Below are positions 40,546-51,561 of a DNA stretch of 64,000 nucleotides, one piece after another. Position numbers and translations under genes: made by a program. Each line of letters opens with the position of its first letter. Position 1 is the stretch's first letter. Source of the stretch: Cetorhinus maximus. Lineage: Eukaryota. A model generated the notes under the pieces. That model ran no database searches and was not told the origin of the DNA. It saw nothing but the letters and a program-made list of their open reading frames with translations. The stretch spans positions 23,436,001-23,500,000 of the forward strand of contig NC_135886.1 in assembly GCF_964194155.1 (NCBI RefSeq), read 5' to 3'.

Positions 40546-40609
40546 TAATAGCACTGCTTCTTTGTGATCCACTTTGCTGACTGCTGATTGGAATTGTGAT
40601 GAGCCTTCT

Positions 40610-41296
40610 TACAGGAATGTAATGCCCTCCCCTATGGCAAGTTTGGTGATGGGGGCATTTAATCAGGTGGTAGGGTGGCAAGTGGGCACCCTGCTGCCTT
40701 TTTGACTCTGCCCCGATAAAGTCCATGACGAGAAGGCCCATGTACAGCCTTCCCGCCCCACTACAAATTGCAGCCCTTAAATAGACAATTAATGCCCACT
40801 TAAGGGCTCATCCTGCGGCTGCTGGTATTAACCCAGTGGCAGGCAGGGAACTTGCCATACGTGGAGCGTGACGAGCAAACCAGTGCAGAGCTCCTGGTGG
40901 TGGCGGGCAGGGAGATTTCCTCAGTGCCTGATCAAGGGACCTGGGATCAGGTAGGGAAGGGACCCCTTGAGGGCCACTCCCTGTCCTTGCTGTTGACTCC
41001 CACCTTTGCTTCACCTCCCCCCCCCCCCCCCCGACCCCCAACTCACTTGGCCTGGGGTCCAGCAACAATACTAGGCCTCAGATGGGTGTCGTATCAGCAG
41101 CAGCCGCCACCTCCTCAGTGTCACATCCATTCAGTAGACCTGCCGGCCGGGGTCCTTGTCCCTGGAGCAGCCTGTTGTTGTCCCATTAAAAGTGCATAAA
41201 TTGCACTTAACACAGCAGGTCTTCCCAAAAAGAGGTGGTGTGGAGGCTCTCGTATTGCGGATGAGACCCCTGTTGCCTCCATTAAATAACCTGCCC
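40610..41296. mobile_element. Harbinger-like MITE (~690 bp), decayed
   Basis: Ends ..taaataacctgccc. Shares cccttaa..aattaatgcccacttaaggg and cagcagccgccacc motifs with 53945-54685 and ~56900-57400. Left boundary approximate. Confidence 0.55.
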
Positions 41297-41457
41297 TTGT
41301 TTTGGGTCACAAGATGGCCCTAACCCACTGTTGCTGTGGCTGCCTGCTTGGTCCCGGCTGCTTTCTGGAGAACGTACTGGTATTTGAGCTGGGTGACCAG
41401 ATGTTTCATCACTCCAGCAGGCAGTAGCCTTATTTTTGCCTGCTCCATCCAGCCTTA

Positions 41458-42169
41458 GGGCAGAATCTTCTGGCTGGCGAGAGAGGGGCGGGGCCCGCTC
41501 ACCGATGCATAAAATGACGCGGGATGACATTGGGTGGAACTCCTGACGTCACCCCGCGTCATTTCCATTTTCAGGTCGGCGAGGGTGCAGCCAAGTCAGC
41601 TGTGCCCTCGCCGACCTGTCAACGGCCTATTGAGGCCACTGAAAAACTAATTAAAGTCATTAATGGACCTGCCCGTCCAACCTTAAGGTTGGCGGGCAGG
41701 CCGGGAGCCCTCGCGGGCTTCAGAAAAAGCATGAAATCTCATCCACGGGCGGGATGAGATTTCATGAGGGTATTTTAAATTTTTAATAAAAGTTTCAATA
41801 AAAGTTATGGACATGTCCCAACTCATGTGACAGTGTCATATGAGGGGACGTGTCAGGGAAATTTTTTTTATCATTTGTATTGCAAATTTTAATTTGGAGC
41901 CGATCTCCCTGAGGCAGCACTTAGCCCCAGGGAGATTTGTGTGCTCTTTTGCATGCACATGCACGAAAGAGCGCACTCCCGGCTGAGAAAATCCCCCCCC
42001 AGCCCGCACAGGGAGCGCATAGCGCCTCCTGGTGGACCTCACGCTGGGCGGGCCTTAATTGGTTCGCCCACGTAAAAGGGTGGCGTGCCCCCAATCAGGG
42101 GCACCAATTGGAGGCGCGCCCACTCCCGCGCTTCCCACCCTCCCCGCAGTGGGGAGGAAAATTTTTCCC
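41458..42169. mobile_element. Harbinger MITE (712 bp)
   Basis: TIRs gggcagaatctt / aaaatttttccc; exact TTA TSD (41455-41457, 42170-42172); subterminal sequence similar to the 22423 element. Confidence 0.88.
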
Positions 42170-42525
42170 TTAGCGTATCCTGAGTAGAAGCAGACCTAAG
42201 CCAGAAATGAGGACAGTGAACCTATCCCCATCCGATCTACAGCATCTTAAAGCCTGAATGTACAGCCTTTTTGATGATCAGAGCTCAAGGCCCCTATAGC
42301 ACAGTCACAATGCATTCAGCAAAGATCCTTCCACCATGGAAAGGTCCCAGCTGGTGGGAGTGGAAGTTTCTGTCTTTTCCAAAAGCAACAATTATTTTGT
42401 CACACGTCTATCTTTTTTCTCTGCAGTCAAATAGGGTACAAATATCTTCTAGTATATAATATATATTTAGGTGCAGCATTACAGGAGTTAACCTCTGTTG
42501 AACACTTAAGCCACAATTGTAAATA

Positions 42526-43505
42526 TAGCAGCAAAAATACATTTGAGCCCAATGGCTATCAGTGATTACCTCAAGCTTTCAAATTGAATGGATTTGTGTG
42601 GGTTTTCCCGTTGGGGTTTTTAGAAAGTAATTAAAGGAAAGTCAGCTAGAAAGGCCAGTCAGCTAGAAACAGAGAGCTCGGCAGAAAATTGTTCTATTAC
42701 CGAGGGGGAAATTTGACTGCAGTTATACTGAAGCATAGCATGCTGCTGGCAGTCCGCTCTCATTGAGCTCTGTGTGTGTTTGGGATCATGTGCAATGCTT
42801 CCTTCCCTGGCTAACTCATTTTTAATAGAAGATAAGATGGATGCAGCAACACCTGCCATTGCAAAAACCTTTTGGACATGCAAAACTGAGGAATCCGATC
42901 ACAGAATACTTGAGTTATGATACCAATGTCTCATGCTGATTACAGCAGGTGTAATATAACTCCAGCAAAACAAAATAAGTAGGCAGTTCAACCTTGCGAG
43001 CCTACTCCACTATTCAATTAGATCATCACCCATCTGTGCCCATCTTTGTTCCATGTCACTTGATACCCTTACCAACAAAAATACATCTCCGTCTTGAAAA
43101 TTTCAATTGGCACAACATCCACAACCAACAGTGACCAGATGATCCAGCGGACCTTATGGGAATTTTATAAACGTATCTTTGACACATTTCCTCGTTGGGA
43201 GAAGTGCTGCATCCAATTGATCTTTTACTAAAAATGAGCTGCCCGAGGAAGAAAGCATTGCACGTGATCCCAGGCATGCACTGAACTCAATGCAAGTGAA
43301 CTGCCGGCTGCATGCTATGCTTCAGTATAACTGCAATTTAATTTCTTCCTCAGTAATAGGATAGAACAATTTTCTACCGAGCTCTCTGTCTCTAGTGGAC
43401 TTTCCCTCATATAATTACTTTCCGAAAACCCACACAAATCCATTCAAATTGAAAGCTTGAGGTAATGACAAATAGCCATTGGGCTCAAATTTATTTTTGC
43501 TGCTA
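42526..43505. repeat. Long inverted repeat (arms ~42526-42848 and ~43205-43505), with a short CR1 3' fragment in the spacer
   Basis: The arms are reverse complements along their length, e.g. tagcagcaaaaata..ttgagcccaatggcta / tagccattgggctcaa..tatttttgctgcta and tgcagttatactgaagcatagcatgc / gcatgctatgcttcagtataactgca. Confidence 0.9.
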
Positions 43506-44394
43506 AAATGAGCTGAAAAATAATGCTTCTACATAACATCCAATCTCGATCTCTACTTTTTCATTGTTGCTTTTCTTTCTCATGACACCAAGTCTTTAGT
43601 AGTTTGAACAGGTGTGTCAGCCCTGACTACCAACCCTGAACTTCTTGTACTGCAAACAATGCTGCTGTAGGTCGCTATTATTTTAATAATTTCCTTCAAT
43701 AATGTGAGACTGTCTTGTTTAATTCATATGTTTTCTATTCCAAATGAATGTTGCAGGATTCTATCAAGAGTAAAGGTTTAGAAAAGACAATACAATTTTC
43801 AGATGATCAAACTACAATTCTTTCAATTCTCCTCATGCTGAGACATCTTGTCGCAATTGTTCTGTTCCATGCAGGCAAATCATAAAGGGCACTGCCACTC
43901 ACTGGCTTAAAAGGATAGTTTCAAGGGCCTGTGTAGCTGCTGGGGAGCCTCACTCAGCAACAGTGCATATCGGAAACTCGTGTGCGCTGCTCATGATGCT
44001 GCAACCATTAGTAACCAAAACTTCATGGTCAGCGTGCACCAGAGTTTGTGTGTGGACCTGATGCTGGGGGAGGTACCTTTTACTGCAGACTCATAAAATG
44101 ATCCCTTTGGCATCAGTAACATTGTGAGAAAAGAGTACATCTTGGAAATTCCACTCCTGGAATCAAGAATTGGCAGAGTCATCAGTGCTCCTGATTTTTC
44201 TAATAATGATGGTACAAGGTCTTGGAAACCTTGCACAAATTGATTGTTGCCGAAGTACCACTCTCAAAGAAGTGGAGTGTGAGCAGGCATATATCGGTAA
44301 TTTTATAGAGCACAGCTGGTTGGCAGCACTGAAGAAAAGTATAACAGATACATCCGGTTGATTAAATAACTTACTTATATTTGATTTTGTTCAG

Positions 44395-44523
44395 AATGTA
44401 CTAAGTGTCCTGTTGGAACTGAACCAGTATTGGGATTTGAATACAAATGGTGGAATACTTTGCCAAAAAATATGTTCAGTTCATGTTTCAGTGGAATGAA
44501 TCAAGATTGTGGAGATACAACAG
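44395..44523 (+). CDS. ELAPOR1: ELAPOR1-like exon ([43 protein letters not shown])
   Basis: ttcag| acceptor, |gtaaac donor, 129 nt; [11 protein letters not shown] motif. Confidence 0.93.
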
Positions 44524-45196
44524 GTAAACAAAACAAGTATATAAGATAATATATTATCATTTGTCAGTCATGAGATAAATAGTCCGTCCAAACCATTCAT
44601 ATGATATTTGCCTCGGTGATTGGTTTTAGCTTTTCCATTCAATATGTACAATTATTACACTTTGAATTGTTACCTAACATCTCTTCACATATCCATGTTT
44701 TAAAATGTAAAACAAAAATCCAAGGATCTTTGTCCTGTGTTAGTCCTCTGGTCTTAAATTAGATTTAATTCTGCCTAGTCAGTGTTTTCTATTGTCTAGC
44801 CAACTGTGATCCTTTTACATCCCTCCTTCGCTAAATTTATGATTCCTTACCGATGATTCCAATCTTTGTGAGATAAGATACTTTCCCAGTACTGAAATTT
44901 AAGTGTTGGAATGTACTTAGTATTTTAGGTCTCGTGATCTTGCTATTTTACTCTTTCATATCTTCTGATTTGATGGGACCGGAAAAAGTCTTCTTCTGGC
45001 ACCTCTGTTTGGGCACCTGTCCAGGTACCTACAACAAAGTGAGGTAGAAAGCTCCTACCCCATGTGCATGGCTTCCTTTTAATTGTCACTGCTTTAAGCA
45101 TAAACACTCCCATTCCACAGAATCACAGAATTGTTATGGTGCAGAAGGAGGCCATTCAGTCCATCGTGTCTGCACTGGCTCTCTGAGCATTTTAAC

Positions 45197-48032
45197 TTAG
45201 TGCCAATCTCCTGCCTTTTCCCTGTAACCCTGCACCGTGTCTCTATTTAAATAATCATTCAATCCCCTCTTGAATACTTCAACTGAACCTGCCTCCGCCA
45301 CACTTCCAGGAAGTGCATCCCAAACTACTCGCTGTGTGAAAAAGTTTATTCTCACCTCGCATTTGCTTCTTTTACAAAGCACTTTAAAACCGTGCCCTCT
45401 AGTTCTTGATCCATTTACAAACAGGAACAGTTTCTCCCTATCTACTTTGTCCAAACCCCTTATGATTTTGGAAACTTCTTTCAAGTCTGCTTTCAGCCTT
45501 CTCCTCTCCAAGGAAAACGGTCCCAACCTCTCCAATCTTTCCTCATAACTGAAGTGTCTCACCCCTGGAACCATTCTCGTAAACCTCTTCTGCACTCTCT
45601 CCAATGCATTCACATCCTTCCTATAGTGTGGCACCCAGAACTGTACACAATACTCCAGCTGAGGTCTAACCAGTGTCTTCTATAAGTTCATCATAACTTC
45701 CGTGCTCTTGTATTCTATGCCCCTATTAATGAAGCCTAGAAAACTGTATGCTTTAGATACAGCTCTCTGCCTGTCCTGCTACCTTTATTGACTTATTTAC
45801 ATATACACCCAGGTCTCTAAGCTCCTGCACACCCTTTAGAATAGTATCCTTTATTTTATACTGTCTCTCTACATTCTTTGTACCAAAGTGTATCACCTCA
45901 CTCTTCTCCACATTGAACTTCATCTGCCACCTACATGCCCACTCCACCAATGTGTCAATGTCCTTCTGAAGTTTTACACTGTCCTTCTCACAGTTTGCAA
46001 TTCTCTCAAGTTTTGTGCGGTCTGCAAACTTTGAAATTATCCCCTGCACACCAAGATCTAGATAATTTATATACGTAAATCAGGAAAAGCAAGGGTCCCA
46101 GTACCGACCCCGGGAACTCCACTACAAACCTTCTTCCAGCCAGAAAAAGACCCGTTAACCATTACTCTCTGTTTCCTACCCTTCAGCCAATTTACATCCA
46201 CATTGTTGATTTTATTCCGTGGCCTATAACTTTCCTCACAAGACTGTTGTGTGGCACTGTATTGAACACCTTTTGGAAGTCCATGTACACCACATCAATG
46301 GCCTGCCCTCATCCATCATCTCTGTTACCTCTTCAAAAAACTCCAAGTTAGTTAGACACGATTTTTCTTTAACATATCCATGCTGACTCTTCCGAATCAA
46401 TCCACATTTTTCCATGTGACTATTAATTCTACCCCGAATAATTGTTTCTATAAGTTTCCCCACCACTGAAGTTAAACTGACTGGTCTGTAATGGCAGGGC
46501 AGATCTTTACAACCTTTCCTGAACAAGAGCATAGTGTTTGTAATTCTCCAATCCTCTGGCAGCTCCTCCGAATCCAGGGAACATTGAAAGATTATTGCCA
46601 GTGCCTCTACAATATTCTTAATCTGGATTGAGCAATGTCATTTTCCACCCTCGTTCTAAACCTTATGATACAATGATCACTGTGCCCTAAATGTTCCCCC
46701 ACTGTCTACTTGGCCCATCTCATTCTCAAGTAACAGGTCTAGCAGCGCCTCCTTTCTTATTGGACTGGACACATACTGCTGTAGGAAATTCTCCTGAACA
46801 CAATCTAGGAACAATTGTCCCACACTGCCCCTTAGACTACCACTATCCCAGTTTATATGCGGGTAATTAAAGTCCCCCATTATAACTACTCTATGGTGTT
46901 TACACATCTCTGTAATTTCCTTGCACATTTGTTCCTCCATATCCTTCCCACTAGCTGGTGGTCTATATATTATACTGAGCAATGTAACTGCGCCCTTGTT
47001 ATTCCTTAGCTCTAGCCAAATTGATTCTGTCTTTGAATCCTCTTACACATCCTCTTCCTCCAGTAACAGCAATACTCTGCTTAACCAAAAATGCCACCCC
47101 TCCTCCTTTTTTCCCTTTCTTATCTTTTCTGAACACCTTGTAACTAGGGGCAGGATTTTTGGATCTTTGGGCGGGTGGGCCTGGGAGCGGCCGGGAAACG
47201 GTCCGCCACCCACGATTGGCCCCCGACCGCAATTTCACGCTGGCTGGCCAATTAACAGCCAGCCAGCGTGAAAAGCGTTCTGAGAAGCTCAGTGCTGCCT
47301 GATTGAGGGTGGGAAGAGGCCGAGCGCCGAATTCTGCGCTTGTGCGAGGGAGCGCACAATGAAAACTCCCTGAAGGCAGACAGCTGCCTCAGGGAGCTGA
47401 AGAATATAAAACCCTTAAATAAAGATGTGGAAAATGTGAAAATAATGTCCCCACATAGGATTCACTCACATGAACATCGACATAATAAAAAATCTGTCAA
47501 AACATTTTTAAAAAATTAATGTCGGAAACCTCATCCCGCCCGTGGATGAGGTTTCCTCAAAAATGAAAAGGCCGCCTGGCTGATTCACCCACGTGCTAAC
47601 CGTAAGGTTGGATGGGCAGTGAAAAATATCATTTAATTAATTGATTAATGGCCTAAATAGGCCTCTTAATTGTCAGTGGGCGAGCTGCCAGCTCCTGTGC
47701 TCTCCCGCCAACCGAAATATCGCGCACTATTTTGTGTCCGATCGGGTCGGGCTTGTGCCCACCCGCGGGACGTAAAATTCTGCCCCAGGAATATTTACCA
47801 CCCAGATCTGCCCTTCCTTAAGCCAGGTCTCTGTTATCGCCGCAACATCATAATCCCACAAGGCAATCTGTGCCTGTAACTCCCCAATTTTACTAACTAC
47901 ACTTTGCGCATTTACATACATGCAGTGTAACCCTGATTTAGACTTCATTACTTGCTCCCTTACTCCGACTCCATCTATTAACTTACTGTTCTCTATTTTA
48001 GTGCTATCTGCCTCTCCCAGCATTCCGTGCAC
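45197..48032 (-). pseudogene. CR1 ORF2 (APE endonuclease plus reverse transcriptase), disrupted
   Basis: YVNAQS, AITETWL, NIPG|YKVFRKD (split by a MITE), IYRPP, MGDFNYP, YRPVSLTSVVGK, KSCLTNL, ISKFADRTKL, WQMKFN. Confidence 0.9.
47148..47785. mobile_element. Harbinger MITE (638 bp) nested in the CR1 endonuclease region
   Basis: TIRs gggcaggatttt / aaaattctgccc; TSD tag/cag. Removing it restores the CR1 reading NIPGYKVFRKD. Related to 41458-42169 in the opposite orientation. Confidence 0.9.
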
Positions 48033-48082
48033 CCTGGGATTACTTTCTAATATTCTCTTCTGGTTCCCACACCGCTGCTAAA

Positions 48083-49026
48083 TTAGTTTAAACCCTCCCC
48101 AACAGCACTAGCCAAACGACCCGCAAGGAACTCAGTCTTGTCTCTGTTCGGATGCAACCCGTCTAGCTTGTACTGGTGCCACCTCAACCAGAGCCAGTCC
48201 CAGTGTCCCAGAAATCTAAAGCCCCCCCTCCTGCACCATCTTTCCAACCACGCTTTCATCTGTCTTGTCTTCCTATTCCTGTACTCACGTGCACGTGGCA
48301 CTGGGCGTAATCCGGAGATTACTACTTCAGTGGTCCTGCTTGTTAATTTTCTACCTAGCTCCATAAATTCCGATTGCAGGACCGCACCCCCCTTCCTACC
48401 TATGTCCTTAGTACCAACGTGTACCACAACCTCTGGCTGTTTGCCCTCCACCACAAGAAAGTCCTGCAACCGTTCTGTGACATCCTTGACCCTAGCACCA
48501 GGGAGGTAACAAACCATCCTAGAGTCCCGTTGACGGTCGGAAAAACGCTTGTCTGCTCCCTTAACTAAAGTATCCCCTTTCAGTATTGCGCTTCCCCACT
48601 TCTTCCTCCCTCCTAAACAGCTGGGCCAACCATGCTGCCATGGGCTTGGCTCTTGCTGCACTCCTCCAAGGATCCATTGCCCTCCCGATATCTAGAATGG
48701 AAAACCGGTTCATGAGTGGGACCTCTAGGGACTCCTGCACTACCTGCCCGTTTCTCTTGGACTGCCTGGCGGTCACCCATTCCCCTATCTACAAGCTTAC
48801 CCCTAACGCAGGGTGACCACCTCTCTGAACGTGCTAACCACGTCGTTCTCTGCCTCACGGATGCACCTCAGTGTCTCCAGCCACTGCTCAAGCTCTGAAA
48901 CGCGGAGCTCAAGCTTGTGCAGCCGGTGACACTTCCTGCACGTGGGCTCGTCTGGGACACAAGAAGTGTCCACGACTCCCCACATGCCACAGGACGGGCA
49001 TTCTGCTTGGCTGAGCTATCCTGCTA
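48083..49026 (-). pseudogene. CR1 ORF1: zinc finger/coiled coil plus SGNH-type esterase domain
   Basis: ECPSCGMW..TCRKC..LELRVSELEQWLETL; GDTLVK..VCYLPGARVKDV..VVVHVGTKDIG..VVISGL..DGLHPN. The start ATG appears mutated to ATA. Confidence 0.88.
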
Positions 49027-49826
49027 TGCCTTAACCTTAAACTTTTAAATCACTTTTTTACTTAAACTTTAGTTATTATTAGTTACTTTAACTTACTTTA
49101 ACCTTACTCTTGTACTATTAACTATAAACTGGCGATTAGCAGAAAGTAGAAATTCTTTGCCCTCACTCGTAAATCAGCTCCCTCTCCTGTGCCTATAAAT
49201 TCTGGCTTTCCATGTGCTTGTTTAGAAATTTATGTTTCTGTGCTCGCACTGTTTTCAATCTCCTGACTGTCTCTCCACTTGTGCCGTTTTACCTCCTGGA
49301 CTCACGCTGTTTTATCCCCTGAAATCGTGCTGTTTTATCCAAGTGGAGAGTTATTTTAGTTGGCCCTACTTAATAAACCTTTCCAAAAAAGTACAGTTCC
49401 TACTTTGTTCTAAACCTTATGAATAGAATAAACCTTAAACACTTACCAGACACTCACCAAACAGCAAGCTTCTTCTCCAACCAATCAAATTGCTTCTTTC
49501 CTGTGATGTCACAATTTGTTATTTTTCTCCACTCTCCTTTCGAACTCAGTGCGCGCCGGTTCCGAGCAGTTGACAGGTACGCATCTCCGACTGCTCCTCC
49601 CGAAGATTTGCAAAGAGGGCAGAAACTAGGCATCGTGAGTCTCCTTTGTTCTTTGCTGCACAATGGAACTGAGGAGAGGAATGCTCATGCCGATAGCATG
49701 AATGTACCTTTTTGAGTGTTTAACTAAAAATTATGTTGGAGGGAGAAACTGGTATTTGTAAGATGTGAGTTGTTTATTCTGTGGAGAATCAGCTGCAGTT
49801 CTTTTAAAGAAATACCTTTGTTTCAG

Positions 49827-49917
49827 GGTGGGAGGTGGCTGGAGACCATATACATAGTTCAGTGGCAAGTACGAGCAATAATTACTTGATGCTGATGATG
49901 CACGTTGCTGGATTTAG
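49827..49917 (+). CDS. ELAPOR1: ELAPOR1-like exon (GWEVAGDHIHSSVASTSNNYLMLMMHVAGFR)
   Basis: ttcag| acceptor, |gtaaga donor, 91 nt; GWEVAGDHI motif. Confidence 0.92.
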
Positions 49918-50706
49918 GTAAGAAAAGATCTTTATACCATATTACTTGTATAGCATAAACAAGGACTTCATGAAGTTCAGGATATCTTTTGTGCTGATTT
50001 TTAATAATTAGATAGATTATTAAAATATGTATATTTCTACAGTCTCCCCTTTCTCCCTTGTGTTTTCCTCACCAAGCGGTACACATACCTAATAGATGCT
50101 ATTATCATTTGCTGTAATGCAAAATGGTTCAGTGCACAATTACTTCCAGGCAGATTGCCTTAGTGCTGCTTTTTTGTCCATGAATCAGAAGGTGAGCAAT
50201 GTTGGAGAATCCTCCGTTGATGGTGATTACTCTGTACTGCAGACATTTTGCTCAGGCCTGGCAAAAGAGCATTAGTTTTAGGTTTAAGTGTTAGGTGAGG
50301 GTAGGGTTCACAATTAGGTTTCCTAGCTGACTGTCTATGGAAGTATGGTTGTAGGTGTGAGGGCATGAGTTCAAACAAGTCTCCTTAAATGAAAGTTCAC
50401 TGGTAATAGCAAACTTCTTGATGATAAGGCCCAAATGCTTGGAAAAGTACATATTTCATTTCCTTCAACTTAATTATATTTCAAAAGGAAAATGTGTGAA
50501 AGGAATATGAATTCGTATGGTTGCTTTAAGTATGACCGCATAAAAGAGAGAACCACTTTTTAAAAAAATCTTACTTTTATCTTTTTTCTTGTTGAAGCGC
50601 AAAATCAACCATGATCATATTGAATGGAGGAGCAGGCTCAACAGGTCGTATGGTCTTTTTCTGCTCCTGTTTCTTATGCTCTTATCATGTTTGATTTATT
50701 TCACAG

Positions 50707-50812
50707 GCCACCAGAGTCAACAATAGAGAATTTAGACAACCCAGAAGTTGCTCGGATCACTTTTATCTTTGAGACGGTGTGCACTGCAGACTGCGAGTTA
50801 TATTTCTTGGTG
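50707..50812 (+). CDS. ELAPOR1: ELAPOR1-like exon ([35 protein letters not shown])
   Basis: cacag| acceptor, |gtaagc donor, 106 nt. Confidence 0.92.
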
Positions 50813-51189
50813 GTAAGCTATACTCCATTTATTTTTGGACTAAGGTTAAATGGCTTTGAGGGGTGCGGATTAATGTAAGGTGTGGAGAGGGATATAGTTA
50901 ACTCATCGAGGAGCCTTGAATGATTTTGAGCTTTCTGTTGCGGAAGATCTTCAGGATACTGGTGTAATGTGCCCTTAAGAGATAGCAGCATGCCATCACT
51001 AAAAGGGAAGTGTATCATGTGATCCAGTCTCAGTTTCACTTTGGCCTGTGACCCAGAACACAGCACACACACAGCTCTGCTGCTGATGTCCTCAAGTTTT
51101 CTACCTTTGTATAAATGTTCTCATGTGTCTAGTCTTAATATATGAACCCACAATGTGTTTACACAATCCCTTATGAGTGATTGATGTCT

Positions 51190-51560
51190 TTATATTATTA
51201 TAAAAACATGACATGGTGGCAGAGGTGGATTGTCATTCTTGGATGTTGTTCCTGGTTGGGTTTGGAATCTTGTCCTAGGTGCAATAGAACTGCACATTGG
51301 TTGAGGAACTGGAATGGATTTGATTTGTCCTTGGTCAAACTTCACCATTGCGCCTTTGTGTGTAATGACTTCATAGGAACTTGGTTCCAAATGAATCCTT
51401 GCCACCTCGGCGGGTTGCCACATACCTTCTGTGGGATCCTGGATGCAAACTTGTAGTCCCAATGTAAACTTGTCAATTCTGTACCTGTGTTTTTATCGTG
51501 CACATTGGTCATCTGCTCTTATGATTTTAAAAGCTGCTGTCTAGTTTCTGAGAGAGTGTA
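51190..51560 (-). mobile_element. Ty3/Gypsy integrase C-terminal remnant
   Basis: GLQVCIQDPTEGMWQPAEVARIHLEPSSYEVITHKG fits the V.IQ..W.PA.V...PRSY.V.T..G pattern of Gypsy integrase C-termini; cut off by the LINE at 51562. Confidence 0.6.
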
Positions 51561-51561
51561 T

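Larger units (their letters stand above)
45115..49604 (-). mobile_element. Near full-length CR1 LINE (5'UTR, ORF1, ORF2 with an internal deletion, microsatellite tail)
   Basis: Tail (cacagaat)n at 45115; RT and C-terminal ORFs 45197-46532; endonuclease ORFs 46677-48032; ORF1 48083-49026. The 5' end is approximate. Confidence 0.92.

Noticed and set aside
50962-51165. Possible LTR (tgtaat...ttacaca) next to the Gypsy remnant
   Set aside because: No TSD, PBS/PPT or second copy is visible, and its relation to the minus-strand integrase remnant is unclear.
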